A stretch of 64,000 bases of DNA from Chiloscyllium plagiosum. Taxonomy: Eukaryota. Under the pieces are notes generated by a model. That model made no database searches and was not told where the DNA came from. It saw nothing but the letters and a program-made list of their open reading frames with translations. This document shows positions 63,246-64,000 of the stretch, in pieces. Each line of letters starts with the position of its first letter. Within the stretch, counting starts at the first letter, position 1. The translations under genes and the position numbers were made by a program. The stretch spans positions 94,800,702 through 94,864,701 of the forward strand of contig NC_057718.1 in the NCBI RefSeq assembly GCF_004010195.1, written 5' to 3'.

Positions 63246-63311
63246 ATGCTTCTGGATAGAGTTCTTTTCTCTTTTTTCTGTTTGGCCATTTTTGAAGTTT
63301 TACGCAGATGT
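63246..63311 (-). other. Candidate 66-nt exon of an unidentified gene
   Basis: Acceptor tttttttaaccctttcAG; open frame HLRKTSKMAKQKKEKRTLSRS; weak GTAAAT donor, or M-stop if terminal. Confidence 0.25.
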
Positions 63312-64000
63312 CTGAAAGGGTTAAAAAAACTCAAGGGGTGTGTTGAATAAATGTGACTGACCATACGGTCTCTTTAAAGGATCTTTCGATAGCTGCACCA
63401 AAGGAAAAAGCAAAATCTTCACCATTAAACTGGATTTAAAAACTCCACACTATTGTATCGCTGCAAGACATTTTGGCAGCAGTCAGTTTGTGAAAAGGCT
63501 CTAACTCTAGCTGTACAAACTATTAGTGCTTCAAAATTTCTGATTAAGTCCTTATACTGAAGTGGAAATAAACGATCAAGGAAGAAGAGGTACACAAGGA
63601 GGTATCATAATCTTTCTGCTTTTATTCTGTATTCTGTGGTTGAATTCTGACTATGGCTAACAATTGCGTGTTGGTGCCAGACTGCTGAGCAATTTTAACG
63701 GTTTGTCAGGGCTGCCTTTGGGGCTGGAGGATGAGGGAGAGCAGCAAGGAATGCAGGAGAGAGCAAGAGCTGGGAAAAGGAGGAGACTACATTGGAGACT
63801 ATTCCCCCAGCCAGATTTCAGGCTGCATTTCTGAACACTTCAGTTTCAATGGGGATCAATGTGGAGGCTGTACGCATTTCACTGAGGAGGCTGTAACTTT
63901 TCCCCACCATTTGCTACACGGGTGTTTGTGGGCTATCAAAGACTCCATGGGCCTTAATGTTAATTCAACAGGCTGAGCCATTGTACACAGGCTTGCCCAG

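Noticed and set aside
1..64000. CRISPR arrays, rRNA or prokaryotic operons
   Set aside because: None seen; the window is vertebrate repeat-rich DNA

Overview
Repeat-dense vertebrate genomic DNA, almost certainly from a cartilaginous fish (shark). The inference rests on about a dozen HE1/V-SINE-type copies that share their 3' tail with abundant 5'-truncated CR1 (HER1-like) LINEs. I found no intact host protein-coding gene, so the window looks like a large intron or intergenic region, with one weak candidate exon at 63246-63311 (-). Other content: CR1, L2 and RTE-type LINE relics, several tRNA-derived SINE families, a probable solo LTR, Harbinger transposase and Myb/SANT relics, and a 274-N assembly gap. 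The main feature is about 20 short Penelope-like element (PLE) insertions from at least five families. Their terminal repeats carry minimal type-I hammerhead ribozyme motifs with a conserved CUGANGA/GAAA core, family-specific but always pairing stems I and II, and a palindromic 4-nt stem III. These PLE pieces repeatedly occur as fold-back (inverted) insertions bracketed by 12-20 bp target-site duplications (TSDs), sometimes enclosing copies of nearby host DNA. Family labels A-E are my own. Coordinates were read by eye and element boundaries are approximate.
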